A DNA stretch of 63,971 nt, filler included, from Acidimicrobiia bacterium (GTDB taxonomy: Bacteria > Actinomycetota > Acidimicrobiia > Spongiisociales > CAZKJJ01), in NCBI GenBank assembly GCA_046759765.1. It is 3 parts of 3 records of this genome, joined end to end, with 100 filler letters (N's around TTAATTAATTAA, not from the genome) between each part and the next. Parts side by side here need not be neighbours in the genome. Positions count along the whole stretch, not along the records: positions 29,296 to 58,420 come from JBHICV010000015.1; 2 more parts are not named here. One strand, given 5' to 3'. Below the pieces are notes generated by a model, which was not told the DNA's origin, did not search any database, and saw nothing but the letters and a program-made list of their open reading frames with translations. Numbering within the stretch: the first letter of the stretch is position 1; the number at the start of each line of letters is the position of its first letter. This document shows positions 30,963-40,880 of this stretch, in pieces. Made by a program: the position numbers and the translations under genes.

Positions 30963-32408
30963 TTGGCTGACATAGGCATCGTCGGTCTGGGCGTCATGGG
31001 CGAAAACCTCGCTCTCAACTTCTCGGATCATGGATACGTTCCGGCCGTCTACAACCGCACCACCTCGCGGGTCGACGAGTTCCTGGCCGGAGTCGGCTCG
31101 GATTCGAAGGCAGTCGGTTCCCACTCACTGGAAGGCTTGATCGATCAGCTGTCTCCGCCCCGGAAAATCCTCGTAATGGTCAAGGCAGGATCGGCGGTGG
31201 ACGCCGTTGTCGACGCCCTGGCCCCGCTTCTCTCGCCCGGCGACATCGTTATCGACGGCGGAAACTCGCACTACCAAGACACGATCCGGCGTACTGCTGC
31301 CCTCGGGGAGCGAGGGCTTCACTTCATTGGAATGGGAGTATCAGGAGGCGAGGAGGGTGCCCGCCATGGTCCGTCGATCATGCCGGGGGGCTCGACCGAT
31401 GCCTGGCCCCATGTCAAGGAGATGCTTCAGGACGTGGCCGCCAAAGTCCCCGACGGCAGCCCCTGTTGTGACTGGCTCGGACCCGACGGCTCCGGTCACT
31501 TCGTGAAGATGGTCCACAACGGCATCGAATATGGAGATATGCAAGTCATTGCCGAGGCCTACCAAATGATGCGAGACGGACTGGGCATGACCCACGACGA
31601 GATGGCCTCCGTTTTCTCGGACTGGAATCAAGGAAGACTCGACTCGTTCCTGGTTGAAATCACAGCCGAGATTCTCCGATTTCGGGACGAGGACGGAGCA
31701 CCGCTGGTGGAGAAAATCCTCGACTCCGCCGGCCAGAAGGGCACCGGCCGGTGGACCGTCGAAGCCGCGCTTGGGCTGGGCATGGCGCCGACGCTGGTCG
31801 CGGAGGCCGTATTTTCCCGCAACGTGTCGGCACTGGTTAACGAGCGAGCGGCAGCCTCGAAGACGCTGGCCGGACCACACTTTGGTGTTTCTGGCGACCA
31901 GTCCCTCTTCGTCGATGCGATCCGCGACGCCCTGTATGCGTCCAAGATCACCTCCTACGCCCAGGGTTTCATGGTGCTGAAGGCTGCCTCGGAAGAGCAC
32001 GGGTGGCACCTCGACTACGGGCGCACCGCATTGCTGTGGCGCGCCGGGGCGATCATACGAGCGGGCTTCCTGGACGACATCGCGGCCGCCTACCGCAACT
32101 CGCCCAGCCTCGACAATCTGTTGACGGATCCTTTCTTCTCGGAGCAACTGGCCTCAGCACAGGACGGTTGGCGTTGGGTCGTTTCGGAGGCGGTCAGGGC
32201 GGGCATCCCGGTTCCGGCGTATTCGACTGCGCTTGCCTTCTACGACGCCTACCGATCCGATCGGCTGCCGGCAAGCCTCATCCAGGCTCAGCGCGACTTT
32301 TTCGGCGCTCATACCTATGAGCGCATAGACGCGGCTCGGGGAGAGTTCTTCCACACCGACTGGACCGGCAGCGGTGGCGCAACCACCGCCGGGGCGTATG
32401 AGGCCTGA
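30963..32408 (+). CDS. gnd: 6-phosphogluconate dehydrogenase, decarboxylating
   Basis: [39 protein letters not shown] and [10 protein letters not shown] motifs; TTG start after GAAAGGAG. Confidence 0.96.
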   Translation: MADIGIVGLGVMGENLALNFSDHGYVPAVYNRTTSRVDEFLAGVGSDSKAVGSHSLEGLIDQLSPPRKILVMVKAGSAVDAVVDALAPLLSPGDIVIDGGNSHYQDTIRRTAALGERGLHFIGMGVSGGEEGARHGPSIMPGGSTDAWPHVKEMLQDVAAKVPDGSPCCDWLGPDGSGHFVKMVHNGIEYGDMQVIAEAYQMMRDGLGMTHDEMASVFSDWNQGRLDSFLVEITAEILRFRDEDGAPLVEKILDSAGQKGTGRWTVEAALGLGMAPTLVAEAVFSRNVSALVNERAAASKTLAGPHFGVSGDQSLFVDAIRDALYASKITSYAQGFMVLKAASEEHGWHLDYGRTALLWRAGAIIRAGFLDDIAAAYRNSPSLDNLLTDPFFSEQLASAQDGWRWVVSEAVRAGIPVPAYSTALAFYDAYRSDRLPASLIQAQRDFFGAHTYERIDAARGEFFHTDWTGSGGATTAGAYEA

Positions 32409-32453
32409 CCCGGTCGGCCGAGGGCCAGGACGCGACGGCTAACCTCTCGCCGG

Positions 32454-35030
32454 TTGTCCGATAACCCTTATCGCCTTCCCCGCACTGCGGTTCCGTCCCG
32501 GTACGAGCTCTCTCTCGAACCGGACCTCGACAGCGCCTCCTTTGAGGGAACCGAGGTCGTTCATCTCGAGATCCAGGAAGGGACAGAAAAGCTTGTCCTC
32601 AACGCCGCGGAGCTTGAGATAGTGGAGGCGTTTGTCGTCACCAAAGGTGGACGTCGACTGGCAGCCGACCCCACGTACGACGAAAAGCTCGAACGGGTCA
32701 CGCTGTTGCTGGAGGATCAAGCCGAGCCCGGCCCGGCCCAATTCCATGCCCGGTTCCGTGGCGTTCTGAACGATCAGCTACGCGGCTTCTATCGCAGCGT
32801 CTTCAATGACGAGGACGGCATCGAACGGCCCATCGCCACTACCCAGTTCGAGGCCAGCTCAGCCCGGCGGGCGTTCCCCTGCTGGGACGAACCAGATCTC
32901 AAGGCAACCTTCTCCGTCACGCTCGTAGTCCCCGAGCAGCTGATGGCGATCTCGAACGCCCGGGAGATAGGTCGGGAAGCGGCAGGCGACGGAAAGGTGG
33001 CAGTTCAGTTTGCTGAAACCGTCCGCATGTCCACCTATCTGGTCGCGTTCGTGGTTGGACCCTTCGAGGTCACGGAACCCATCGACGTCGACGGCGTTCC
33101 CATGCGGGTGGTCTGCCCGACCGGGAAGCTTCACCTCACGTCCTACGCACTCGAGGCGGGTGCCTTCAGTCTTCGGTACTTCACTGACTACTACGGAATC
33201 CCGTATCCAGGCGACAAGGTCGATTTCATCGCCATCCCCGACTTTGCCCACGGTGCGATGGAGAACCTGGACACGATCACCTATCGGGAGTCGCTCCTGC
33301 TTGTCGACCCCGATCGGGTCGGGCAGCACGAGCTGATGAGGATCGCCGACGTCATCGCGCACGAACTCGCTCACATGTGGTTCGGGGATCTGGTGACTAT
33401 GAAGTGGTGGAACGGCATCTGGTTGAACGAGGCCTTCGCCACGTTCATGGAGATGAAGGCCGTCGATGCCTACCGGCCCAACTGGAAACGCTGGCTGTCT
33501 TTTGCCACCAAGCAAGGGCTGCTCCGCTCCGCCGAGCGATTCGATGCGCTCGACAACGACGCCCTCGAGGCCACGAGGCCCGTGGAGTACGAAGTGATCT
33601 CCCCGGACGATGCAGACGGCATGTTCGACGCACTCACTTACGGAAAGGGAAGCGCCGTCCTGCGAATGCTCGAGCAATACCTCGGCGAGGACACCTTCCG
33701 AGACGGGATTCGCCACTACCTCCAGAGTCATCGGTACGGCAACACCGAAACGGCGGATCTCTGGCGGGCTCTCGAGGAGGTGGCGGGGGAACCGGTCCGC
33801 GACATGATGGACACATGGATTTTCCAGCCCGGTTTTCCCTTGGTGCTGCTCAAGGCCACTGAAGGAGGATTCGAGGCCTCGCAGCGCCGATTCACCTACG
33901 TCCAGGGAACCCATCCGGAGCGGTGGAAAGTGCCTCTGGTAGTCAAGAGCGCCGAGGGTCGAGCTATTTCCGAGTCCCGAACGTTGCTCTCCGACCCGGT
34001 AGTCGTCTCGTCACGAGAGAGCAGATACGTGCTGGTCAACGGAGGTGGGTATGGCTTCTTCCGGACCTCCTATCCGGATGGGATGCTTACGAGCATCACC
34101 GCGTCGCTGGACGACCTGTCCGAGCTGGAGCAGTTCGTCGTAATTGACGACGCCCGGGCTCTGCTCATGGCCGGGGAGGTCTCCGGGCCGGACTTCCTGG
34201 ATCTGGCATTCGCCTACCGGGGGTCAGAAGAGGTCGCCATCTGGCAGGTTCTCTTGGCGGGGATCGAAGAGCTCTTCCATATTCTCGATCCTTCCTCACA
34301 ACAGGACCTGGGGCGATTCGTGCGGGAGCTCTTGTCCCGGCAGTACGAACGGCTCGGCCTGGAGCCGGTGTCTGGTGAGGACGACCTGGCCAAGCGGCTG
34401 CGGGGATCGATCGTTATGGCACTTGGCCGCCTAGCCGACGATCCAGCCGTTGTGGAGGCCGCCCGCACGGCCTTCCACAAGACGGGCGACGAACCCGGCG
34501 CAGTCGACCCCGAGGTGGCCTACGCCTCGATCTTCATAACTGCCTCTCACGGCGATGAGAAAACATTCGATGAGTTCGTCGACCGCTACGAGTCGGCCGC
34601 CACTCCTCAGGAACGCAATCGGTTTCTGTTCGCGCTTGCCGAGTTCCCCAGCCCAGACCTGGCCGCTCGCAGCGTCGCCATGACCCTCGATGGAACAATC
34701 CGGAGCCAGGATGGTCCCTACTTCGTCTCGCGGCTGCTCTACAACCGCAAACTCCATCCTCCGGCGTGGAACCTCGTCACCGAGAACTGGGAGCAGATGC
34801 TCGCCACCTACCCACCAGTGTCTTTCAACCACGTGTTGGACTACATGCCTGCGCTCTCAGAGCCCGATCTTGCCCACGCCATAGAGGCCTTTCTGGACGG
34901 TCAGACCTTCCCGCACAGTGATCAGTTCCTAGCGCGGCGACTCGAGGAGCTAGCGGTACATCGCGCCCTGCGACAGCGGGAAAGCGGCCGGCTGGCGGAG
35001 TATTTGGCGATAGCCGCCGGTCACAAATAG
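32454..35030 (+). CDS. pepN: M1 family aminopeptidase with ERAP1-like C-terminal domain
   Basis: TQFEA, GAMEN, HELAH...WLNEAFA and YGKG motifs. Confidence 0.92.
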   Translation: MSDNPYRLPRTAVPSRYELSLEPDLDSASFEGTEVVHLEIQEGTEKLVLNAAELEIVEAFVVTKGGRRLAADPTYDEKLERVTLLLEDQAEPGPAQFHARFRGVLNDQLRGFYRSVFNDEDGIERPIATTQFEASSARRAFPCWDEPDLKATFSVTLVVPEQLMAISNAREIGREAAGDGKVAVQFAETVRMSTYLVAFVVGPFEVTEPIDVDGVPMRVVCPTGKLHLTSYALEAGAFSLRYFTDYYGIPYPGDKVDFIAIPDFAHGAMENLDTITYRESLLLVDPDRVGQHELMRIADVIAHELAHMWFGDLVTMKWWNGIWLNEAFATFMEMKAVDAYRPNWKRWLSFATKQGLLRSAERFDALDNDALEATRPVEYEVISPDDADGMFDALTYGKGSAVLRMLEQYLGEDTFRDGIRHYLQSHRYGNTETADLWRALEEVAGEPVRDMMDTWIFQPGFPLVLLKATEGGFEASQRRFTYVQGTHPERWKVPLVVKSAEGRAISESRTLLSDPVVVSSRESRYVLVNGGGYGFFRTSYPDGMLTSITASLDDLSELEQFVVIDDARALLMAGEVSGPDFLDLAFAYRGSEEVAIWQVLLAGIEELFHILDPSSQQDLGRFVRELLSRQYERLGLEPVSGEDDLAKRLRGSIVMALGRLADDPAVVEAARTAFHKTGDEPGAVDPEVAYASIFITASHGDEKTFDEFVDRYESAATPQERNRFLFALAEFPSPDLAARSVAMTLDGTIRSQDGPYFVSRLLYNRKLHPPAWNLVTENWEQMLATYPPVSFNHVLDYMPALSEPDLAHAIEAFLDGQTFPHSDQFLARRLEELAVHRALRQRESGRLAEYLAIAAGHK

Positions 35031-35120
35031 CGGGCTCCTCGACGGTCCAGCTCGAAGGTAAGCCATCACCGGGTACGAACAGAGCGGACTACCGTCTCTG
35101 GCCCCGATCGAGAGCACGAC

Positions 35121-35909
35121 GTGGCAAAGATCCGCATCGCCGTCCAACTTCATCCACAGCAGTCCGAGTACTCCGCGATTCGAGAGGCTGCCCTGCGCTA
35201 TGACGAGGCGGGAGTGGACATCATCTACAACTGGGACCACTTCTTTCCGCTCTACGGGGATCCGCACGGTGCCCATTTCGAATGTTGGACCATGCTTGCC
35301 TCCCTCGCCGAGGTGACCCGTCGGGCGGAGATCGGGGCGCTTGTGACCTGCAACTCGTATCGCAATCCCCAGCTCCTGGCCGACATGGCGCGCACCGTCG
35401 ACCACATCTCTGATGGCCGCCTCATCCTCGGCATCGGCTCAGGGTGGTACCGGCGTGACTACGACGAGTATGGCTACGAGTTCGGAACCGCCGCCTCGCG
35501 GCTCAGGGATCTCGACGCCAACCTGCCGCTGATTAAGGATCGCCTCGCCAAGCTGAACCCGCCGCCCATTAGAGAAATCCCGATCCTGGTCGGGGGCGGT
35601 GGTGAGAAAGTCACTCTGCGGATAACTGCGCAGCACGCGGATGCCTGGCACGGGTACGGCAAGCCGAAGGTGATCGCCCGCAAGAACCAGATTCTCGACA
35701 CTTGGTGCGCCAAGGTGGGACGGGACCCGTCCGCCATTGAGAGAGCCTGTGGTATTCGTACGGGCAGTGACCCTTCGAGAGGGTCTCGCTACGTCGACGC
35801 CGGAGCAACCCAGCTCGCTTTCGGCCTGAACGGGCCGGATTACCAAATGCCGCACGTGGCCGATTGGATCGCCTGGCGGGACGATCAAAACAAAGGACCT
35901 GCAAGGTGA
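35121..35909 (+). CDS. LLM-class F420-dependent oxidoreductase
   Basis: WDHF, ECWT, LVTCNSYRNP, GRLILGIGSGW and GGGGEK motifs. Confidence 0.9.
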   Translation: MAKIRIAVQLHPQQSEYSAIREAALRYDEAGVDIIYNWDHFFPLYGDPHGAHFECWTMLASLAEVTRRAEIGALVTCNSYRNPQLLADMARTVDHISDGRLILGIGSGWYRRDYDEYGYEFGTAASRLRDLDANLPLIKDRLAKLNPPPIREIPILVGGGGEKVTLRITAQHADAWHGYGKPKVIARKNQILDTWCAKVGRDPSAIERACGIRTGSDPSRGSRYVDAGATQLAFGLNGPDYQMPHVADWIAWRDDQNKGPAR

Positions 35910-35974
35910 CTGCCTCCGGCCGATCGAATTGTTACCGGTGCCGCGCACTCCAGCCGGTCGCCGCCGGCAGCTGA

Positions 35975-36910
35975 CTATCTAGCCTCCGCCCAGGCTCGAA
36001 CCGCCTCCTCTGTGGTGTGGTCGGCGTGCCAGCCGAGCTCCTTCGCGATCCGGGTAGTGGACGCCAGCCACGGGTAGCGGATGTAGGTGATGCCGCTGGC
36101 CGGGGAACGACTCTGAAGGCGCAGCTTCCAGGTGGTGTCAGTCAGCCACCGCAATAGAGGTTCAGGAACGGAGATCACACGACTACCGGCAATCCGGGTG
36201 AACTCTCGCACGGTCACTGTTCCGAGCCCGGCAATGTTGTAGGTGTCGGAGACCGATGCACCGAGTACAGCCTCAACCGCCTTGACGTAGTCGTCGACGT
36301 GCAGGAACTGCATGGGCGGGTTGGTGCCCGAGGGCAGAGGCAAGACCCGCAGGCCGAGCGATCGCGAGATGAAGTTGTCTGCGCCCGGCCCCAGGATGAC
36401 GCAGCTGCGAAGTATCACCGTCGTCAGCTCAGGCGTGGTCCTCTCTCGCAGAGTTCTCTCCGCGGCTGCCTTGTGCAGAGGGTATTGAAAGCCGCTAGCT
36501 GGGCGGAGAGGCTCGTCCTCGGTGTGGGCTTCCGAATCTGGCCAGGCCCCGTATACCGATGTGCTCGACGGGTAAACGAAGCGTCCCACCTTGGCAAATA
36601 GAGCTTCCTCGGCCAGCGAACCAGCTGCTTCTACGTTGATCCTGCGTGCGGTCTGTTCGTTTCTGGAAGTTTGCAGCTGGAAGGCATGATGAGCGATGGC
36701 CTCGATCTCGTATTCGCGCATCAGGTCTTCGAACGGCTCTCGGACGTCACGCGCTACGAAGCGGGTCTTGTCGCCGTGCTCGCGTAGGAAGACCCGGTCG
36801 GTAGCTAGAACGAGTTCAACGTCGGAACGAGACTCGAGATGACGGGTGAGGATCCGTCCTAGGAAACCCGCCGCGCCGGTGACAAGGATCCGCCGCGGGA
36901 ACGCCGTCAC
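35975..36910 (-). CDS. NAD-dependent epimerase/dehydratase (extended SDR)
   Basis: VTGAAGFLG, SSTSVYG, YxxxK (YPLHK) and QFLHVDD motifs. Confidence 0.9.
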   Translation of the reverse strand: MTAFPRRILVTGAAGFLGRILTRHLESRSDVELVLATDRVFLREHGDKTRFVARDVREPFEDLMREYEIEAIAHHAFQLQTSRNEQTARRINVEAAGSLAEEALFAKVGRFVYPSSTSVYGAWPDSEAHTEDEPLRPASGFQYPLHKAAAERTLRERTTPELTTVILRSCVILGPGADNFISRSLGLRVLPLPSGTNPPMQFLHVDDYVKAVEAVLGASVSDTYNIAGLGTVTVREFTRIAGSRVISVPEPLLRWLTDTTWKLRLQSRSPASGITYIRYPWLASTTRIAKELGWHADHTTEEAVRAWAEAR

Positions 36911-37269
36911 GCCACCTCATCGCTGAAGTCGAACGCGAGGCGGCCAATGCCGGGGACCTCGAACGCCATCTCGACAGTGTGAGTACCGAGCGCGAGCGGG
37001 TGCCCGTTCACTGCGATGACGATGTCACGGCCGGATTGCAGGCCGAAACGCCGTTCTTCGGACACTTGGTCGAACGAGATGGGCTCTCCCTCATGAATGA
37101 AGAAGCACTGCCCCGCGGTCATAGCCCGACCATCGACGATGAGCGGTTCCAGGCCGGTGGCCTCTCCCCCGGCAATGGAATTGTTCAGAGTGAACGCCCA
37201 CCCGCTATCTGTGTTACGCAGACTGCCGCGCACATACAGGCGGCGCAGCAAGAACGCCGGCACCTTCAC
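36907..37269 (-). CDS. Conserved beta-rich hypothetical protein
   Basis: 120 aa, translationally coupled on both sides. The N-terminus VPAFLLRRLYVRGSLRN resembles a small domain I recall from proteins associated with HMG-CoA reductases (not verified). Confidence 0.7.
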   Translation of the reverse strand: MKVPAFLLRRLYVRGSLRNTDSGWAFTLNNSIAGGEATGLEPLIVDGRAMTAGQCFFIHEGEPISFDQVSEERRFGLQSGRDIVIAVNGHPLALGTHTVEMAFEVPGIGRLAFDFSDEVA

Positions 37270-38273
37270 GCGGTCAGCTCCCCAAGCAAGCCGCGGACTT
37301 TTTCCTCGGCTCTGGTGATGGGGTCATTGCCCGAGGTCATCGCCTCGATCACCTCCATGGTCGGGTAGCCCTGATCACGCTCGTCTTGGAGAGACTGAGC
37401 GAAGTGGCCGGAGCGGATGTCTTCGATCGTCGCTCGGAATACGGACTCCATCTCGTCGAGATCGATGTCGCCGAAGCGCAGATAGCCACCGTATTGGGCG
37501 ACTACGCCGTGCCACGATGTCGAGCGGTAAAAGCCCTCCGTGGCAAACGTCCCAAAGGTCCTCGCCATCTCCCCCGACATGTAAAGCTCCAAGACCATTG
37601 CTTCGGGAGGAAGGCCCGCATCGACGCCGGCGTGGAATGCCGTAATGAGGGCGCCTCCCAGCACCGGGCCGAACGTCTGCTCAACGAGCAGGTCAATAAG
37701 CGCCTCCTGCTCGGCCGAAAGAACCATCGCTCCCCTTCGGAGTGAGCCCACGGCTCCGGCCAGGGCCAGCAGCAGCTCCTCCGCTGATCCGGTTGCGTTC
37801 TGCTCGACCGACACGTATGAGAAGAACCCGGTGCCATCTTGATAGCTGCGGCGGACCTCTTCGCCGAGCATCCGTGGTGCCAAGAGCAGAACATCGATGT
37901 TTCCGGGCAGCTCCACCGAACCGAAGGCAATGACATATCCCGACGCGAAGCAGAGGGTGCCGCCGGGCCGCAGGCTCGGTGCGATCTCGCGTTCTAATAC
38001 GTCAGAGATCTCCTCGTCGGGGATGAGCAGAAACACGACGTCGGCGGAGGCCACGGCAGATCCGATGTCACGCACGTCGAACCCGTCGGCTATGGCGTTC
38101 TGGCGGAATTCGTCGTCGATGTTCCCAACGACCACCTTCACATCGGAGTCCCTGAGGTTGAGCGCCACGGATCTGCCCAAGTTGCCGTATCCGATCACGG
38201 CCACTGTTCGCTTTTCTAAAGCCCCGCGATCAACCCTGTCTGACTTGTGAACGACGACGGCTGGTTCTGACAT
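37266..38273 (-). CDS. Ketol-acid reductoisomerase-like protein (divergent IlvC paralog)
   Basis: VIGYGNLG, ALNLRDS, LIPDE and DLLVEQ motifs; divergent FASGY, APRMLG and ELYMSGE. Confidence 0.85.
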   Translation of the reverse strand: MSEPAVVVHKSDRVDRGALEKRTVAVIGYGNLGRSVALNLRDSDVKVVVGNIDDEFRQNAIADGFDVRDIGSAVASADVVFLLIPDEEISDVLEREIAPSLRPGGTLCFASGYVIAFGSVELPGNIDVLLLAPRMLGEEVRRSYQDGTGFFSYVSVEQNATGSAEELLLALAGAVGSLRRGAMVLSAEQEALIDLLVEQTFGPVLGGALITAFHAGVDAGLPPEAMVLELYMSGEMARTFGTFATEGFYRSTSWHGVVAQYGGYLRFGDIDLDEMESVFRATIEDIRSGHFAQSLQDERDQGYPTMEVIEAMTSGNDPITRAEEKVRGLLGELTA

Positions 38274-38379
38274 CGTGCACCTCCGCCGCGCATGCTACGG
38301 ATCGACACCTCGGGAAGGCTTACGACGGCGTTAGCCCGTTGCTTCTATTGCTTGGGTCAGGGCCTGGCCGGAACGCTCT

Positions 38380-38886
38380 CTACCAGTAGCCCTGGTCGCA
38401 CTCGGCGGCAGTATCAACGTCTGCTAACGATGAGTCACTGTCGTAGCTCACGCTGGCCGCGGCATCGTCCGATATGCAGAACCAGATCCCGGTGGTGCTC
38501 CGAAGAGTGAACACAACTTGTTGATCGCCCCGGACGAAGCCGACGACGCTCTGGCTCGCTGTGGCCATTGGCCCGAAGTTGATGCTGGGTGTTAGAGCTT
38601 CCAGGTCGGACTCGAAGGCAGCGTCACTCGAAGTGACGCCGTAGTTCTCGTTGTCCGCGTAATACACCTTCGCCGTTGTCAGGCTGTCTCGGAGGACGGC
38701 ATGAGCCGCTCTGTCCTGAGCCCGGTTCTGTGCTTGTCGAAACGTCGGGAACGAGATGATCAACAGAATGCCGACGATGGCGATGATGACCATCAGCTCG
38801 ACCAAGGTGAAGCCGTCGTAGCTGGAGGCGATCCCCCTGCCCGCGCGTCGCAGCCAGGTCTTGAATGAGTTCACTCTCTGAGGCAT
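38380..38886 (-). CDS. Type IV pilin-like protein
   Basis: Basic leader, then G|FTLVELMVIIAIVGILL prepilin cleavage motif with Glu5; C-terminal Cys pair. Confidence 0.9.
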   Translation of the reverse strand: MPQRVNSFKTWLRRAGRGIASSYDGFTLVELMVIIAIVGILLIISFPTFRQAQNRAQDRAAHAVLRDSLTTAKVYYADNENYGVTSSDAAFESDLEALTPSINFGPMATASQSVVGFVRGDQQVVFTLRSTTGIWFCISDDAAASVSYDSDSSLADVDTAAECDQGYW

Positions 38887-38892
38887 AGGAGG

Positions 38893-38921
38893 TCATCGAT
38901 CCAGAGGACCCTCAGCTTGAG
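38893..38921 (-). promoter_or_regulatory. Possible sigma-28-type promoter of the pilin gene
   Basis: CTCAAG-N15-ATCGATGA ending 6 nt before the ATG; same architecture as the site at 16097. Confidence 0.35.
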
Positions 38922-38928
38922 CGCAGCG

Positions 38929-39411
38929 TTAGGCCGCCTCGGTTGGTTCAGTCCCTAGCGCCCAGTGGTACGCACTGGCGATGATCGTCTTGATCGCGGC
39001 CAGCTCTTCGTCGTTGCGCGGGGCGTAGATCATCAGCAACTCGTAGTCCGGCACGTGCTCGTTCATGGGATGGGGCTCTCCCCAGCCCTTCTCCAAGATC
39101 TCGTCGGCAAACTGCTTAGGGATACCCATGTGCTGGCTACCGGGCCCGGGCTCGGTGTGGATGTGGGTGAACTCTCGCTCGGCCACCGGGTTGATCGGTC
39201 CGTAAGATTCGCTGATCCAGGCGGCACGTGAGCTAGGCAAGGAAACTCTGCTTCTGCCTTCCTCGACGTGTTCGAGCCCAAACAGCCAGGTGGCCAAGTC
39301 TCGGTAGACGGCGTCCTCTGCGTTGTCGCTCAGTTGGAGATGGGGCATCCACGGGTTGGTCTTGGGCTTGGGTCCGGAACGCCCAGGCAGCGCAAAAGGT
39401 GTCTTCCCCAT
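38929..39411 (-). CDS. Luciferase-like / DUF5519-type protein
   Basis: REFTHIH, GSQH, KGWGEPHP and MIYAPRNDEEL motifs. Confidence 0.75.
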   Translation of the reverse strand: MGKTPFALPGRSGPKPKTNPWMPHLQLSDNAEDAVYRDLATWLFGLEHVEEGRSRVSLPSSRAAWISESYGPINPVAEREFTHIHTEPGPGSQHMGIPKQFADEILEKGWGEPHPMNEHVPDYELLMIYAPRNDEELAAIKTIIASAYHWALGTEPTEAA

Positions 39412-39615
39412 ACGGTCGTGCCTCCCTCGTTCGACGCCCGAGTGACTCTATGCGATGGAGCCTCGGCATCGCACGGTCCTCGCAAGCGCTCCCGTTTAGC
39501 GTCGCCAAAGAGTCGAGAAGGCGGCGCTCTTGCATCTTCGCTTCAGATAGTTGGCAGCTACCTGGCGTCTAGTAGCTACGGTGGCTGGGAGTGAGCGTTC
39601 GACCGCGGGGTAGGT

Positions 39616-40053
39616 ATGGCCGCACCTAGGCGTGGTCCTCTGCTGAAGCTGTTTTGGCGAGTGCATCGTTTCTTCTACCGGTTGTCGGGAGGTCGAATCG
39701 GCGGTCGGGTGGCACGGCTACCCGTCTTGGAACTGACCACCTTGGGAAGGAGAAGCGGACAGCCCCGGTCGGTGCTTCTCAACTATCTCGATGATCCCGA
39801 CGGCTTCTTGGTCGTTGCTTCCAACGCCGGTGATGACCGCGATCCGCTCTGGTGGCTGAATCTGCAGAGCCAACCCGCGGCCACCGTCGCCGTGGCAAGT
39901 AACCAAACCGCGGTGCGGGCAGAAGAGGTCATCGGCAGCGAATACCAAGAGCTGTGGGACCGCTTCGGGCAACTCAATCCTGGTTATCGGGACTACGCGT
40001 TATACACCGACCGGCACATAACGATCGTCCGACTGCGGACCCAAAACGAATAG
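39616..40053 (+). CDS. Deazaflavin (F420)-dependent nitroreductase family protein
   Basis: LTTLGRRSGQPR, VVASNAG, PLWWLNL and YALYTDRHI motifs. Confidence 0.92.
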   Translation: MAAPRRGPLLKLFWRVHRFFYRLSGGRIGGRVARLPVLELTTLGRRSGQPRSVLLNYLDDPDGFLVVASNAGDDRDPLWWLNLQSQPAATVAVASNQTAVRAEEVIGSEYQELWDRFGQLNPGYRDYALYTDRHITIVRLRTQNE

Positions 40054-40194
40054 GTTCCCAGAACCGCGTTGAAAGAGTCGATGTCGGCCTTCTAGGGGTG
40101 GTCGGGGATTGCATAGGGACATACCCGATAGTCATCTTCCTGAGCCTGCCGCACAATCACCTGAGACCCTTCAAGAACGGAGAGGTGACTGAAA

Positions 40195-40397
40195 ATGATT
40201 GCGTTCCTGCTGTGGTTGCTGTTGCTGGTTGTGGCATGGCCCGTTGCGGTTCTGGCGCTCATCCTGTTGCCGTTGGTGTGGCTCCTGCACCTGCTGTTCC
40301 GACTCGCAGGAATTTCTGTTCGCGGGGTCTTCGATCTCTCGAAGCGATGCTCGGTCTTCCGGCCCGACTCCTGCGAGGCAACGAAGGGACCGGTTGA
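40195..40397 (+). pseudogene. Small membrane protein (about 67 aa) with an apparent 1-nt deletion near 40338
   Basis: GGAGAGG RBS; hydrophobic MIAFLLWLLL...GVFDL continues plausibly in a shifted frame as LEAMLGLPARLLRG...TGA. Confidence 0.6.
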
Positions 40398-40445
40398 CAA
40401 GACCCGACCGCGTGTTGAACGACGCCCGATACCCTGAGGTCGCCA

Positions 40446-40811
40446 ATGTCGTTCTCCACCACGGAGCTCGAGCTGATCGCCTCGGCCAAGGAAGTGACGA
40501 TCGAGACCCGTTCCCCTGATCGCGTTCACCGAACCGTGATCTGGGTCGCGGTCGGAGACGAGACCATGTACGTGCGGTCGTTTCTCGGGGATGCGGGAAG
40601 GTGGTATCAGAGAGCGCTTGCCGACCCTGACGTAGCCCTGGTCGTTGGGGATACAAGAGTCGCCTTCCGGGCTGTCCCCGCCACGGATGCTGAGTCCATA
40701 GAGCATGCTTCGGAAGGGTTTCGGCGGAAGTACCCGAAAGGCCGCTCGCTCGACGCAATGGTCGTCCCCGAAGTGCTGCATACGACGTTGCGGCTCGAGC
40801 CGGTGTCCTGA
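40446..40811 (+). CDS. DUF2255 family protein (split-barrel-like)
   Basis: HRTVIWVA, YVRS, RWYQRA, RRKY and TTLRLEP motifs. Confidence 0.8.
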   Translation: MSFSTTELELIASAKEVTIETRSPDRVHRTVIWVAVGDETMYVRSFLGDAGRWYQRALADPDVALVVGDTRVAFRAVPATDAESIEHASEGFRRKYPKGRSLDAMVVPEVLHTTLRLEPVS

Positions 40812-40880
40812 GGCGAAGGTGCCAGAGATCATGACACCGAGCCGATTCTTCCGGTGGGGGTGGCCTAGAGCCTGAGGGGA

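Noticed and set aside
38318..38940. attC-like half sites (GCCTAAC..CTCAAG and GGCTAAC..TAAGC) near the pilin, suggesting integron cassettes
   Set aside because: There are no complementary partner boxes, genes lie in mixed orientations and no integrase is present.
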